DNA of 63,301 bases, filler included, from Reticulomyxa filosa (GCA_000512085.1; 23 parts of 23 records of this genome joined end to end with filler, not necessarily neighbours in it), one strand, 5' to 3'; shown: positions 1 through 11,374, counted from the first letter of the whole stretch. Notes: generated by a model not told the origin, from the letters alone. Numbers and translations are program-made.

Positions 1-1621
1 GCTCTTATTCTCTATGTCTACTTCTTGATGCTATACATTTCACATTAATCATGAGATATTTTCTTGTAACTAAAGAGAAAACCGATAAAAAAAAACAAAT
101 GATTTTTAACTTAATGACTTTGAGCAAGTTTTGTATTAACCAATTTTGATAGCACACCAATTGAATTGTGATATATCACAAATTTCATATCTTCCATCAA
201 ACCAACACGGACGTCATACCAAATTGCATCGCTGAAGTGTGTCCATACACCTCGGTGTGTGATACCAGAGACACATAGAATATCATATCATACATGAAAA
301 AAGCGACGAACACCAATATCCAATCAGTCGGATATTTTTATATAATTAATTTTGGGAGTGAAAGTTGTGTTTGACTGCAAACACATAACACTATATTACT
401 GCTTGTGTTCCTCGTTTCCATGTATAGCACCTCCAAGAAATGTATTCTGTTGGTCCTCTTCATTCGCATTGCCTCTGTGTAGGCGTGGACAAATGCCTTG
501 CTTTCACGATAGATTCATGCTCCTTTGTACTAATACGTCGTTTTTCTTTTGCACAATCATTGCTGCTTGTCGTACTGTTTGAAATAGTCCGACTATGTTT
601 ATGTTTCACTTCTTTTTTTTTTTCTTCCACTTTCATTAATTTTTTCTCTCTATCCAAAGCTAAAAGAAATGACTCCACAACGAAAGGATCCATGTTCACA
701 TTGCCTTGGCTGATACATATTTACAACCACCGACAATATGATGCAAATGACGTATAAATCCACATCGAGAGTGAAAATACGACTCTTTCATCCATTAAAT
801 GGAATTTCTATCCTTTTGCGATACCAATTTCATGAGCTTTTTTTGTAACTTGAGTAATGCAGGATCGCATGTCACAAGGGATATTTTCTGCGGAATAACG
901 ACCACTTCACTATCTCCATAATTCTTTGCTGCTGTTGTCCAATGGTAATATCATATTTACATTCACTACAATCATGGAAAGGTTTTCCCGTTCCTTTCTT
1001 TAATTGTATGGATCGATTTGTGGATTTACCACAAAGCTAATCCATTTTTGGAATGTAATTGCGATATTTACCAGAGTTGGGCAATCACACTGTCGCAAAT
1101 GTATTCAGTTAATGGATACTGATTCACATCGCCTCCTTTATTCTCGACGGCAGTGGCTTGTAACACGTTTACACTTATGACAGTTGATGTGACCATGGCT
1201 TTCTCACTGTGGTAACACAAATTTAGAAGCAATCAGTTTGAGCATAGCCATTGCCAGAGGTACCCAAGTATCTGCAACAGCACTTAATACCAATGCTTAC
1301 GACCAAAGCCACAATGTTCAATGGAATACTTATTACATATGCTGACACGCTGCTTTGAATCACTTGTACAATCGCTGAAGCTTTCACCTGGGTCTCAATG
1401 TTTCAATTGGATACAATTTTTTTGATTGTCGTCTTCTGTATTGTTATTCGAATATACAGCCGCAGGAAAAGCCAATCAATGATACGTCGATTACTTTTCC
1501 GTACATGTCAATTATAATGACGACCACCTCCATTGCGCTGATAGATAAAATAGTCCATATTCGATATTATCGTATTGCACAGCCCATCACTGCCTCGAAT
1601 AACTTGGTTGTGCACATTGCA

Positions 1622-1721
1622 NNNNNNNNNNNNNNNNNNNNNNNNNNNNNNNNNNNNNNNNNNNNTTAATTAATTAANNNNNNNNNNNNNNNNNNNNNNN
1701 NNNNNNNNNNNNNNNNNNNNN
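1622..1721. other. Artificial contig linker (first of 22): N44-TTAATTAATTAA-N44
   Basis: Identical 100-nt spacer with stops in all six frames at 1622, 3742, 5512, 6612, 11375, 13243, 14479, 18913, 30613, 32801, 34588, 38332, 42127, 43323, 46148, 48335, 49726, 52574, 53851, 55239, 56836 and 62140. Composition changes abruptly across some of them (e.g. 3742, 5512). Confidence 0.98.
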
Positions 1722-1803
1722 ATATATATATAACGTATACGTATACGAATCATTATCATTGTTGTTGCCAACAGTAAAAAGAAAAGAAAATGTATTGACT
1801 TAC

Positions 1804-3660
1804 CGAATCTGCAATTGGAATTTGATTTAACAATACAATGGTGGATCAGCGGTCTTCCATTCTTGGACCAAAAAAAATTCCTCTGTGCCTTTTGCCTCCT
1901 GCAAACTGTCTTCGGAATCATGGTCTTTGCGTTCGATGTACATATTGCACGCGATGGATTGCGAGGACTTGGTAAGGGACGATACGATCATTTGATGCAA
2001 TGGAATGATTTGCTGCTGCACAACGGGCACGTTGGCGTTTCGAGTGTATATAAAGTTGTACACTTGCACCAACTGGCGATACATAAATTGAAGAAGGACT
2101 TTAATTGAACCAATGAATTGAGTGCTATTTTGTTGTTGTGAAAATACGTAAAGACAAGAATATGTACAAATCAAGAAACAAAGTAAAAAAAAAAAAAAAA
2201 ACCCCTACTGGGACAGTATTGCCTCATCAATTCTTCCATTCTGGCACGGTTGATGTCTTCATTGTCTTGATAGTTCCAATCTGGACTGTGATCGTCTCTG
2301 TTCTTCAATTCTCCTCTTTGCAAAGCATCCAAATATTTGAGCACAAATTGCTCTTTTTCATTTAAATTGAGAGTGTTCTTACGCACTCGATTTGGATACA
2401 AGGGCTTGGCCTCACGAAGCTCGTCCAGCACTTCACAAAATGAAATGGCCAATTCATTGATGCGCTCTCCGAAAAAGTGGAACCATTTCAACACATCCGA
2501 CAACCTCGTTGGCTTGTGAGTCTTGCAGAGTTGGGTGGGCAATTCCACCAAAATCGCATGGTTTCTGCGAATTGAAAAACTTTGACCATTTGACGCAATC
2601 AAATACCGAAGCACCAATAATTGGAACATCAGCGTGTTCACATCGGTGCCTGCTTGACTTGAGATATTGATGTGGAACATCTAACATATATTGTATGCAT
2701 AGGATTTTACACAAAATACATATGCCAACATATACATGTGTGTGTGTGTGTGTAATGTTACAATAAAGCATACCATCAACTCATCTGTCACAGGGGCCGT
2801 AGCGAACTGGTCCACAATGAAGTCTCGATCCACCACTGAGGTGTTGATAGGAATGTGAACAAAGTGCTTTGGTTTGATCTGCAACTTCTTTTGGATCGAA
2901 CTGATCAAATAGGACTTGCCAACACATTCATGTTGCGATAAAAACACTTGCACAAATGGAGAGTGGTTCTTTCTCTTTTCGAAATCCTCCAAACTTCCAC
3001 ACATCACGGAGCTGTAGAACATTCTGCTCTCATTCAGGGCCAACAACAGAGCGTCCATGTCACGAAATACGGTAAAAGTCTGAGGCACAATCGACTTTCC
3101 ATCGGTCGTGATTATGGCCAACAAGCACGTGGGCTTATGCATGTATTTGGGAAGGAGGGTTACCAATGCTTGTTGCAACGGTCGTGGCAGTAATTCTGGC
3201 TGGATCAAACAGTGTAAATGTGTCAACAAGCTGCTACTGGCACGGAGCAAGAAGCATTCCAATTGTTCGATGTTGGTCGAATAATCACAAAAGAAGACCT
3301 TTTTTTTTTTTTTGTTTAAGTATATATGTACATAGTTACATACGTATACATACATATGTACATATACATATACGTATATGTACATATAAGAAGGGCGGAG
3401 AAAAACAAAACTCTTTTGTTGACTCAAAACACTGTATCAAAGAGACACCTAACTCGACTGGCTACGGGTCTTTGATTTTGGGTAAGATATAGTTTCACGC
3501 AATAGGACAGCACTTGAGCCTCCCTGCACCAATAGATGTGTGGTCTTCCGGGCATCAGCACCTTCGTCGGATGAGTCAAATTGGGCGATTCAATCGTTTG
3601 ACGACGAAGGCCAGCCAAAAGTGAGTTTAAAAACTCTCCCAATTGTATTAGTTCATCTCC
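1804..3660 (-). CDS. RNF213: RNF213 (mysterin)-like AAA+ ATPase/E3 ligase, internal multi-exon fragment (AAA1-AAA2 region)
   Basis: ORFs 3424-3642, 2681-3427, 2171-2680 and 1827-2174 give collinear matches to RNF213 as recalled: PGRPHIYWC~VGQPNLVVC; FFCDYSTNIEQLECFLLRA~LLCTPATTFEEVALLLRRC; HECVGKSYLI~RAGVGKSLYV (Walker A-like); HINISSQAGTDVNTLMFQLLVLRYLIASNGQ~HLDVTSSVQTGIWVFLFKLLILQYLMDINGK; FFLVQEWKTADPP~FSLRKRWESEPHP. A probable homopolymer indel near 1836 would restore PFVLLNQ. Truncated by both contig ends. Confidence 0.85.
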
Positions 3661-3841
3661 TTTCCAATTCCAATTCTTTTGTTTTGTTTTGATTTTGTTT
3701 TTTCTCTCTCTCTCTTTGTTCCATTCTAATCTTTTTTAATTNNNNNNNNNNNNNNNNNNNNNNNNNNNNNNNNNNNNNNNNNNNNTTAATTAATTAANNN
3801 NNNNNNNNNNNNNNNNNNNNNNNNNNNNNNNNNNNNNNNNN

Positions 3842-4056
3842 GCCAAGTCTGACTGGCTGAATGCCTGCTGATCGGCTTTGCCTTTGGCTTGTTCTTTCTC
3901 TTGGGCCTCTTTCACACCGCTTACTGCTTTCAGCGTTTCAGGCTTGATGGTCGCCGCAGAATCGCCATCCTTGGATAGCTGTTGCGGTAACTCCGCCTGT
4001 TGCCGGGCAGTCAGGCCCAGAGGTTGAAAAGCCCCTGTTACTGATCCGATTTGCAT
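3842..4056 (-). CDS. flaG: FlaG-family flagellar protein, N-terminal part (bacterial, 3'-truncated)
   Basis: ATG with GAGG RBS directly downstream of flagellin. Ala/Gln/Lys-rich N-terminus. The call rests mostly on fliC-flaG synteny because the conserved C-terminal domain is cut off. Confidence 0.65.
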
Positions 4057-4068
4057 GATAAGTACCTC

Positions 4069-4115
4069 ATAAAAAAGGACTCCCCCCTACAGCATAATCC
4101 AGTCCATAGGGGGGA
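4069..4115 (-). terminator. Hairpin + U-tract between flagellin and flaG (terminator/attenuator)
   Basis: Inverted repeat TCCCCCCTA (4081-4089) / TAGGGGGGA (4107-4115), followed on the minus strand by GTCCTTTTTT. Confidence 0.6.
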
Positions 4116-4131
4116 AACCACTTTTCTCACC

Positions 4132-4970
4132 TTAGCGCAGCAGCGACAGCGCGGCTTGCGGCACGGTGTTGGCCTGACCCAGAATGGCAGTACCCGCTTG
4201 CTGCAGGATCTGGTTACGGGTCAACGAGGCGGTTTCAGAGGCGAAGTCGGTATCCATGATACGGCTCTTCGACGCACTGAGGTTTTCCACGTAGGCCTGG
4301 GTGTTGGCAATCACGGCTTCGAAACGGTTCTGGATCGAACCGAAGGTGGCACGGGTATTGGTCACGGTGCGGATGGCAGCGTCCATCGAAGCAATGGCAG
4401 CCGAAGCAGCACCGGACGAGGACACGTTAACGGTACCGGTAGCCGTCAGCGAACCGCTATAGGCGGAAATGCCGGACAGTTCGACACCACTGGTGGTCAC
4501 TTGGTTATCGGTAGAACCGGACGAACCAACCTGGAAGGTCAGGCCGGAACCACCGGTCAACAGTTTGGACCGTTGAAGTTGGTGGTCTGCACGATACGCG
4601 ACACTTCCTGCGTCAGCTGATCCACTTCTTTCTGCAGCTGCGAACGGTTGTCATCGGAGATGGAACCGTTGGCGGCTTGTACCGAGATTTCACGGATACG
4701 CTGCAGGTTGTTACCTACCTGGCCCAAGGCACTTTCTGCCGTCTGGGCTACCGAAATGCCGTCGTAGGCGTTACGGATACCCTGGCTGTTACCACGGATT
4801 TGCGAAGAAAGGCCTTCGGAGACGGCCAGACCAGCGGCGTCATCCTTGGCAGAGTTCACGCGCAAGCCGGAAGACAGCTTTTGCAGAGAAGAAGCCAGTG
4901 CCGAGTTGGACTGGTTCAAGTTGCGCTGCGCATTGAGCGAGGCAATGTTGCTGTTTACGATGATAGGCAT
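4132..4970 (-). CDS. fliC: Flagellin (~279 aa, short type) split by a 1-nt deletion at 4568/4569
   Basis: N-terminal flagellin motifs (VNSNIASLNAQRNL, LSSGLRVNSAKDDAAGLAV, AQTAESALG) and C-terminal motifs (RATFGSIQNRFE, SASKSRIMDTDFASETA, QILQQAG, LSLLR). Adding one base gives NFNGTKLLTGG. RBS GGAG at 4977-4980. Confidence 0.97.
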
Positions 4971-5045
4971 TTTAAACTCCGTTATTATGGCGACTTGGCT
5001 CGGAAGCGAACTCCCCCGGGTTTTGATACCAATCGCTCTAACGCT

Positions 5046-5072
5046 CTATCGTCAGTTCTTTAGTGCTCTTGA
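5046..5072 (-). promoter_or_regulatory. Sigma-28 (FliA) promoter of the flagellin gene
   Basis: Minus strand reads TCAAG-N14-GACGATAG, matching the FliA consensus (TAAAG/TCAAG-N14-GCCGATAA), about 75 nt upstream of the ATG, with an A-tract further upstream. Confidence 0.8.
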
Positions 5073-5102
5073 GGGCTTTTTTTTAAATTTCTAAAAAAAT
5101 CC

Positions 5103-5133
5103 CAAAAAAAATCCCTGGCAGTGACGCCAGGGA
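5103..5133 (-). terminator. Rho-independent terminator of the upstream flagellin
   Basis: Perfect 8-bp stem TCCCTGGC/GCCAGGGA with a 6-nt loop, followed by a T run on the minus strand. Confidence 0.85.
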
Positions 5134-5175
5134 CAGAGGTACCAATTAGTTGGTGTATATCGTTGTTAACTAACC

Positions 5176-5511
5176 TTAGCCACGCAGCAGGGAGAGGGCT
5201 GCCTGCGGTACCTGGTTAGCCTGCCCCAGGATGGAGGTGCCAGCCTGTTGCAGAATCTGGTTACGGGTCAGCTGCGCCGTCTCGGAGGCGAAGTCGGCAT
5301 CCATGATGCGGCTGCGGGAAGCCGACAGATTTTCAGTGAAGGCCTGCATGTTGGCGATTACCGCTTCGAAACGGTTTTGTACCGAACCGAACGTGGCGCG
5401 CGTGTTGGTCACGGTGCGGATGGAGGCATCCATCGACGCGATCGCAGCCGAGGCGGCACCGGACGAGGACACGTTTACGGTACCGGTGGCGGTCAGCGAA
5501 CCGCTGTAACC
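5176..5511 (-). CDS. fliC: Second flagellin paralogue, C-terminal part (5'-truncated)
   Basis: RATFGSVQNRFE...SASRSRIMDADFASETAQLTRNQILQQAG...LSLLRG; near-identical to the downstream copy. Confidence 0.95.
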   Translation of the reverse strand, partial: GYSGSLTATGTVNVSSSGAASAAIASMDASIRTVTNTRATFGSVQNRFEAVIANMQAFTENLSASRSRIMDADFASETAQLTRNQILQQAGTSILGQANQVPQAALSLLRG

Positions 5512-6755
5512 NNNNNNNNNNNNNNNNNNNNNNNNNNNNNNNNNNNNNNNNNNNNTTAATTAATTAANNNNNNNNNNNNNNNNNNNNNNNNNNNNNNNNN
5601 NNNNNNNNNNNAGCCAAGATATTAAAACTGGAAAAATTATATAAGCAAACAGAGACAAATGCTTTTCAAATCAAACAAAAAAACTGGATTGTCCGACTAG
5701 TAGAACATTTGTTCTGGTGATAACAAAAGTAATTTTAATTGCAATCCAGTTTGCTTGCAAGTGTAAGAAATAGAATCAAGCAAGTAACAATTGTATCACA
5801 CCTGTTAAATTATATATTTCCATATGAAGGACATCGTTATGTTCCAATTGGTTATTGTGTGACCGTTCAGCATATTTGCCACATTCCTGGAAGTAGCAAT
5901 TCAAAATGTTTGTCTTTAAATGTTATTTCCGATATTTCCTTGATGAAAGTGATCAAAGTTAAATTGTTGGTTCATTTTATTTAGTTTAGTTTCAATTATA
6001 TTTGTATTGGATTTGTTTCGAAAGAAATACACATAAATTATTGTAGCAATTTCAGATGGATAAATCTTGTAAAAGACGAATGGAGGTAAGATGATGAGAA
6101 TGGTAGTATTATAAAATAGTATATAGACATGAAGATCAGTTGGAAGGATACTTAATGTAAGTTGGAGATCCCAAAATGAGTATCAAGTCGATTCCAAACT
6201 AGCAACGGATAAAATGAAGTGATAAAATGTGATATCGAATACAAAGGCAAATACAATGACAAGATCATCAATAGCAGAGTTAACACTACACATATATATA
6301 TACAGCATACTGTAACCTCTTTTACGCTGCATTTTTTTTTCAAATAAAAAATAGATATATATATGTATATTAGATAAGAGTAGCATGAATAAACAATTAT
6401 ATAAATAAATACATTCATCTTGCTTGAATGGAAGAGAACTAGTTTGAATAGTGTTCATTGTAACAACTGACTGTTGACACAGTTGCCTTCTTTGATTTAT
6501 ATGCTAAGGAAATCTATGGATTGATTGTAAGATTAATCAGCATCCAGATAATGAAATTGGGTGGACAGGTAAGGCCTTGTGCCTTTTACTTTACAGATTT
6601 GTGTAATGAAANNNNNNNNNNNNNNNNNNNNNNNNNNNNNNNNNNNNNNNNNNNNTTAATTAATTAANNNNNNNNNNNNNNNNNNNNNNNNNNNNNNNNN
6701 NNNNNNNNNNNCAGCTGACGTCCTACAAGTTAAAAAATAGAAACACCAATTGGAC

Positions 6756-7634
6756 TTAGGAGCCTCTCAGACGTGACAGAAGATGAACCGTGGATGCTGT
6801 TTGAATTTTGTAGTTTTGTAAAGGCTGGCCCATATCCAATTGCATTCCGGAAAATACAATTCTTTGCCTGCATTGTGAAATATGCTTCCTCATCCAAATG
6901 GTAAACATTAAATCTTCCGTTAACATCTGGGATGAAACCGAAACAGTGATGGTGTGCCCGTCAAACATTTTGACAAATATTTGAAATTCGCCTTTTCTGT
7001 CGTATTTACGAGTGAGGGTCACACCAATCGTGGAAGTCAAATCCTCTCCGTCCTTGTAGGTGTTCTGTCTCAGCACAATTTCGGAACTATAAACATTGCA
7101 TGCATCTGCAATCAGGTAGTGCAATTCATTCCAGCCATCTGTTTTAAACCATTCGACTGTTATCGCAGAACTTGTCGATTTTCCTGGTTTACAAAAAAAA
7201 TAGCGACAAAGTGCAATTGCGTATATGTGAGCAAAAACAAAATAGATCAAAAAAGTTATTGCTATTAAAACAAAATAATATTAACCAAGTTCATTTTCGG
7301 TCACTTCAATCTTAACAGTTCTACTGATTTCAACTGCAATATCCAACTCGTCCCACTCTTTACCATGCTTGACGAGACTCAAACTGTGAGTCAAGTCGTT
7401 GACGAAATCAAGAAGTTGCAATGTGTGTGGATCGTCATGAGGGGGCAAAATTAATGCAACTGTCTTATTTGAAAGCTTTGCCTTCAACTTCTCTGGAATT
7501 TCTTTTTGTTTCTTCAACTCGCTCACCACGTCATCCAAGAACCTACCAAAGTCCTTTTGGAGTGGCACTTCTATTTTGCACTTATTATACCTGAGTTGCA
7601 AATTTTTTGGGATTACTTCGGGATTCTTTGACAT
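6756..7634 (-). CDS. Two-exon protein with a C-terminal ubiquitin-like domain ending RLRGS
   Basis: Exons 7634-7286 and 7183-6756 join in frame across a GT..AG intron. C-terminus FQIFVKMFDGHTITVSV...QRIVFSGMQLDMGQPLQNYKIQTASTVHLLSRLRGS is clearly ubiquitin-like. Confidence 0.85.
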
Positions 7635-8298
7635 TGAAAAATGTGTTTATGCAATAAACAAAGTTTGAAAAGTTTTACGAAAAAAGAGTTTTTGTAAAAT
7701 TAACCTGTGAGTGAACGGACAAACGTTGTTTCACACTAACGGCAATAAGTTTGTTTTTATGATTTTATTGATTTTACTTGTCCAAAGTAAATAAGAAATT
7801 GTTTTGGTTATTAAATGTTCGTATGTATACTTCATTACTTGAGAGTGAGGATAGCCGTAATTTATTAATTGTTTTTGTGCAATGAACATTGTTTCACAAA
7901 ATTCTTTTTTTCATTTGGCGAGTAGAAACATTCGTAAGGCGGTGGAATAACAATTTTGTGAAAACAATGTGTTTTTACCAAGCATTGGCAACTTAGCCAT
8001 CTGCCCACATAAGAGGTTAAACAAATAGTAGGTAATAAAAGTGATGCCATCGTTATGATTGATAATAAAAATGAGCAACTTTTCTTTCTAACAATATTTC
8101 TTTATCTTTTTTTGAGATGTGACTGATCGTACGCCTTTTTTTTTCGGGACTGTAAAGTTAAAAACTTTAAATTTACAAAATATACAATGCCTTACAACAA
8201 GAAAAAAAAAATAACACATCTGTGTTTGAAGTGGTAGTTTCGGGTCCTCCACGTTTTAGACCAAAACAGCATCTTTGACAAACTTATAAATAGTTTCA

Positions 8299-9723
8299 AT
8301 GAAGCCGTCATCCCCAACAAAGAATGTGTTGGGTCAAGTGGCATTTGTTGTTCTTATTGTACAAACAACAGCAACAGTGTTAATGACACGTTATAGTCGA
8401 ATGCGAGAAAAAAACGCAATTTAAATGAGCCAATTTTTGCGACCACCAGCGCGGTGGCGATAGCAGAATTTTTAAAAATGTGGGTGGGCATAATATATGT
8501 GCTAGTAGATTTGATATGGTAAAAAAAGTGCACGACCCGTGGACAAACTTGATGAATCAATTGGTGGGAAGCGACTTGTTTAGCTTTGTGAAAATGTCAA
8601 TCCCGGCCACAACATATGCAATCCAAAACAACCTGCTGTTCATTGCACTGCACCATTTGGATAGTGCAATCTATCAAGTGTGTTATCAATTGAAAACATT
8701 TACTGCCGCGGTGTTTGCAATAATTATGTTGCACAAGAGTTACACCAAGTTGCAATGGTTTTCATTTCTTTTGTTGGCATTGGGCGCTATTTTTGCTAAC
8801 CTATCCATTGTCGACAGTGACAATGCAAGCCACTCGTCCTCCCCGAATAGCAAGAGCGCCCCTGCCAACGACCCCCAAAAGTTACACCTACAGATGAACA
8901 AGGCCAAACAAATAAATCAAAATAAAATTAAATTTTATTTATTTATTGATTTATTTGTTTATTTTTTTTTTATTTTTTTTTTTTTTTGCACGCATATCGC
9001 ATATGTGCATATGCATATAATGTAGCATGAACACATCACATGGACTATGTGATGATCACACATATACATATATGTATATATATATGTATATATATATGTA
9101 TACATATACTACATAGGGATGAACGTAATGTGTGGATAGGTATAACCTGCGTGCTGATGGCAGCAGTAACGAGTGGCTTCAGTGGTGTGTTTGTGGAGAG
9201 AGAGTTTAAGTCCTCTTCCTTATGGATTCGCAACATCCAACTGGGCTTGTTTGGCTGCATATCCACGCTGGCCAACAGCTACTTCTTTGGAGACTGGGAT
9301 CAAGTGATCAGCAAATATGGCTTTCTACATGCGTTCACCTTCAGCACTTGGGTTGTGGTTGCTTTGAATGTCTTTGGCGGGTACTTAGTCGCTGTGCTGA
9401 TTAAGGAAGCAAGCAATCAGGCCAAAGCCTTTGCTGCTGGCATTGCCATTGTTTTAATCGTTTTTTTGAGCAAATTCTTCTTTCAAAGCCAATTGACTTT
9501 CCTTTTTTTTGTCGGACTTTTTTTTACTTTGGCCGCCAATTATGTCTACTTCAAAGAAGGAGAAAGACTGACCAAACCCAATCCTACGTTTGCTCCTGTC
9601 CCTGATAAGAATTCTCGTGCTCATTCTAAACACAATACCAAGGATCGAGATGGTCATGACTCTTCTGATGATGGATTGGAATTAGGATTGCGCAATACCA
9701 AATCCTTTACACACAAAGTCTAA
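8299..9723 (+). CDS. SLC35A: SLC35A-family nucleotide-sugar transporter (UDP-Gal/UDP-GlcNAc/CMP-Sia type)
   Basis: Motifs LIVQTTATVLMTRYSR, FATTSAVAIAEFLK, IPATTYAIQNNL, YQVCYQLKTFTAAVF, TSGFSGVFVE, SLWIRNIQL, GGYLVAVLIK. Two apparent homopolymer frameshifts (~8410, ~8510) and an intron ending about 9116. Confidence 0.9.
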
Positions 9724-10151
9724 AAATCATGTGGACAATTAATTCGAGTTTCTTGTCCATTTAAGATATTTTTCTACTTTTTTTTTTTTTTTTTTTTTTT
9801 TGGAAACATAAAACAAAAATTCAAATTAATAAAACTTATTGTCAATTTGATAATGTTTTGTTATTTATTTTTGTTTTACCTTTTTAAAGAAAATTAAAAA
9901 CACCACCTTTATTTTAATTGCCACGTTTCACAAAGTCATTTGTTTTAAATTTTCGGAATTTTTAGGTATGTGCTTTTCGTCATTGTGCACTTCGATAAAC
10001 TAATTGTGTTGGCATACTCACAACAAGTTTTACTATTGTTTCAAGTTTTTTCGATCAAAAATGCACAACAAGTAAGACCAAGATTTTTCCTTTACGACTT
10101 TTGTTCTTTGCGTGCATCCCAAATTTTTTAAATAGTAGATTGAGTGCATCC

Positions 10152-10430
10152 ATGTCTACAGCATTACCAAAAACAGTCCCTACAAAAAGTAAGGATTCAG
10201 ATTCTGACGACTCGGCAGATTCCAGAGAGGAAACGACAAAAACTAAAGCAGCGGAACCGAAAGACACCACAAAATGTTGGATATGTCAGACCAATGCGAT
10301 TGAATATGCTTGTTCTCCATGCATGTGTCCTATATTATGCAAAAAGTGTGCCATGAAAATGGCAACAGGTGGAAAATGCCGAAAGTGTGGAAGTCTGTTT
10401 GCAGAATGTCGAAAACTTCCGAAAAAGTGA
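10152..10430 (+). CDS. Small RING-like zinc-finger protein (92 aa)
   Basis: CWIC...ACSPCMCPILCKKC...KCRKC resembles a C3HC4_3/IAP-type RING, with Cys in place of the usual PCGH His. Acidic, disordered N-terminus. Confidence 0.7.
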   Translation: MSTALPKTVPTKSKDSDSDDSADSREETTKTKAAEPKDTTKCWICQTNAIEYACSPCMCPILCKKCAMKMATGGKCRKCGSLFAECRKLPKK

Positions 10431-10808
10431 CTTTTTTCTCCAAAGGAAGAAAACAATGTTCATTTCTGACAATTTTTCTGTTTGCAAACACGGGGATCAT
10501 CACTCAAATGCGCAAATCAAGACCATTAACCCAATTTCAGTCGGAATTTTAATATGAGCAAAGGTTTCACCTTTGGGATTGTACACAAAAAAAATTTCCT
10601 TGATTTGTTTTTTTAATTCTTTAATGGTTAAATTGAACATGTTTACTTTTCAACACAGCTTTGCCGCTTATTCATTTGAGAGAATAAAAAACAAAGATCT
10701 GTATGTTAATCTCTTATGGAACAGAACACTGAACAAGGTGTTTTTTTGAAGAATGAAAAAGGGGTCAGTTATAATAAAAAAAATTATTGAAAAAAAAAAT
10801 CCTTCAAT

Positions 10809-11200
10809 ATGGCTAAAACTTGCGCAGCTTCAATTTCATTGGCCATTGGGTTCATAATTTTGGGCATATTAGTATTAGGGTGGTATATAGGTTTGTCAAT
10901 CTGGTGGAAACTGAGTTGTGATTCGTATGCAAAATCGCACACAAATGTATTTTTGGAATGTGGATCTATGGCGATGTTTATTTGTGCAGGTTGGGCACCA
11001 ACGTTGGTATTTATTTGGATATCATTAATGACGACAAAGTATTTATATAAGCAATCCCAAAGTGCCATAAAGGTAGTAGGAAGCGCACGGGCATGGTTAT
11101 ATTCATTTGTAACAGGATTGGCAATGATTTTGTTTTTCATTCATTTTTGTTATCAAATTTACATGCTTGTGGAAATACAAAATCATGATTCCTGCAAACG
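10809..11200 (+). CDS. Multi-pass membrane protein, 5' exon (unknown family)
   Basis: ATG-initiated ORF with three hydrophobic segments. It runs into T-rich intron-like sequence and then the contig end. Confidence 0.55.
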
Positions 11201-11339
11201 TTCCGCTACTTATCTCTCATCACTTTTTTTTTTTTTTTTTTTTTTGATAAATAACAAGCCTTTTAGTTTGCCGGGGTTTAAAGCCTAAAAAAAAAAAAAA
11301 AAAGGAAACGGATAGAGTGATAAATAAAAATTAAAACAA

Positions 11340-11374
<35 letters not shown>

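Noticed and set aside
1-1621. Possible degraded membrane-protein gene
   Set aside because: Hydrophobic fragments with stops but no recognisable motif; cannot be supported.
1722-5511. RNF213-like gene next to bacterial flagellin as a functional cluster or HGT island
   Set aside because: A linker separates them; they are different contigs from different organisms.
4051-5559. Plus-strand ORFs of 82-189 aa over the flagellins
   Set aside because: Antisense shadows of GC-rich coding sequence.
5612-6611. Possible WD40 remnant (DIKTGK)
   Set aside because: Too degraded to call.
8400-8525. Programmed frameshifting or pseudogene status for SLC35A
   Set aside because: Both shifts sit in A/T homopolymers and the protein is otherwise conserved; sequencing indels are more likely.
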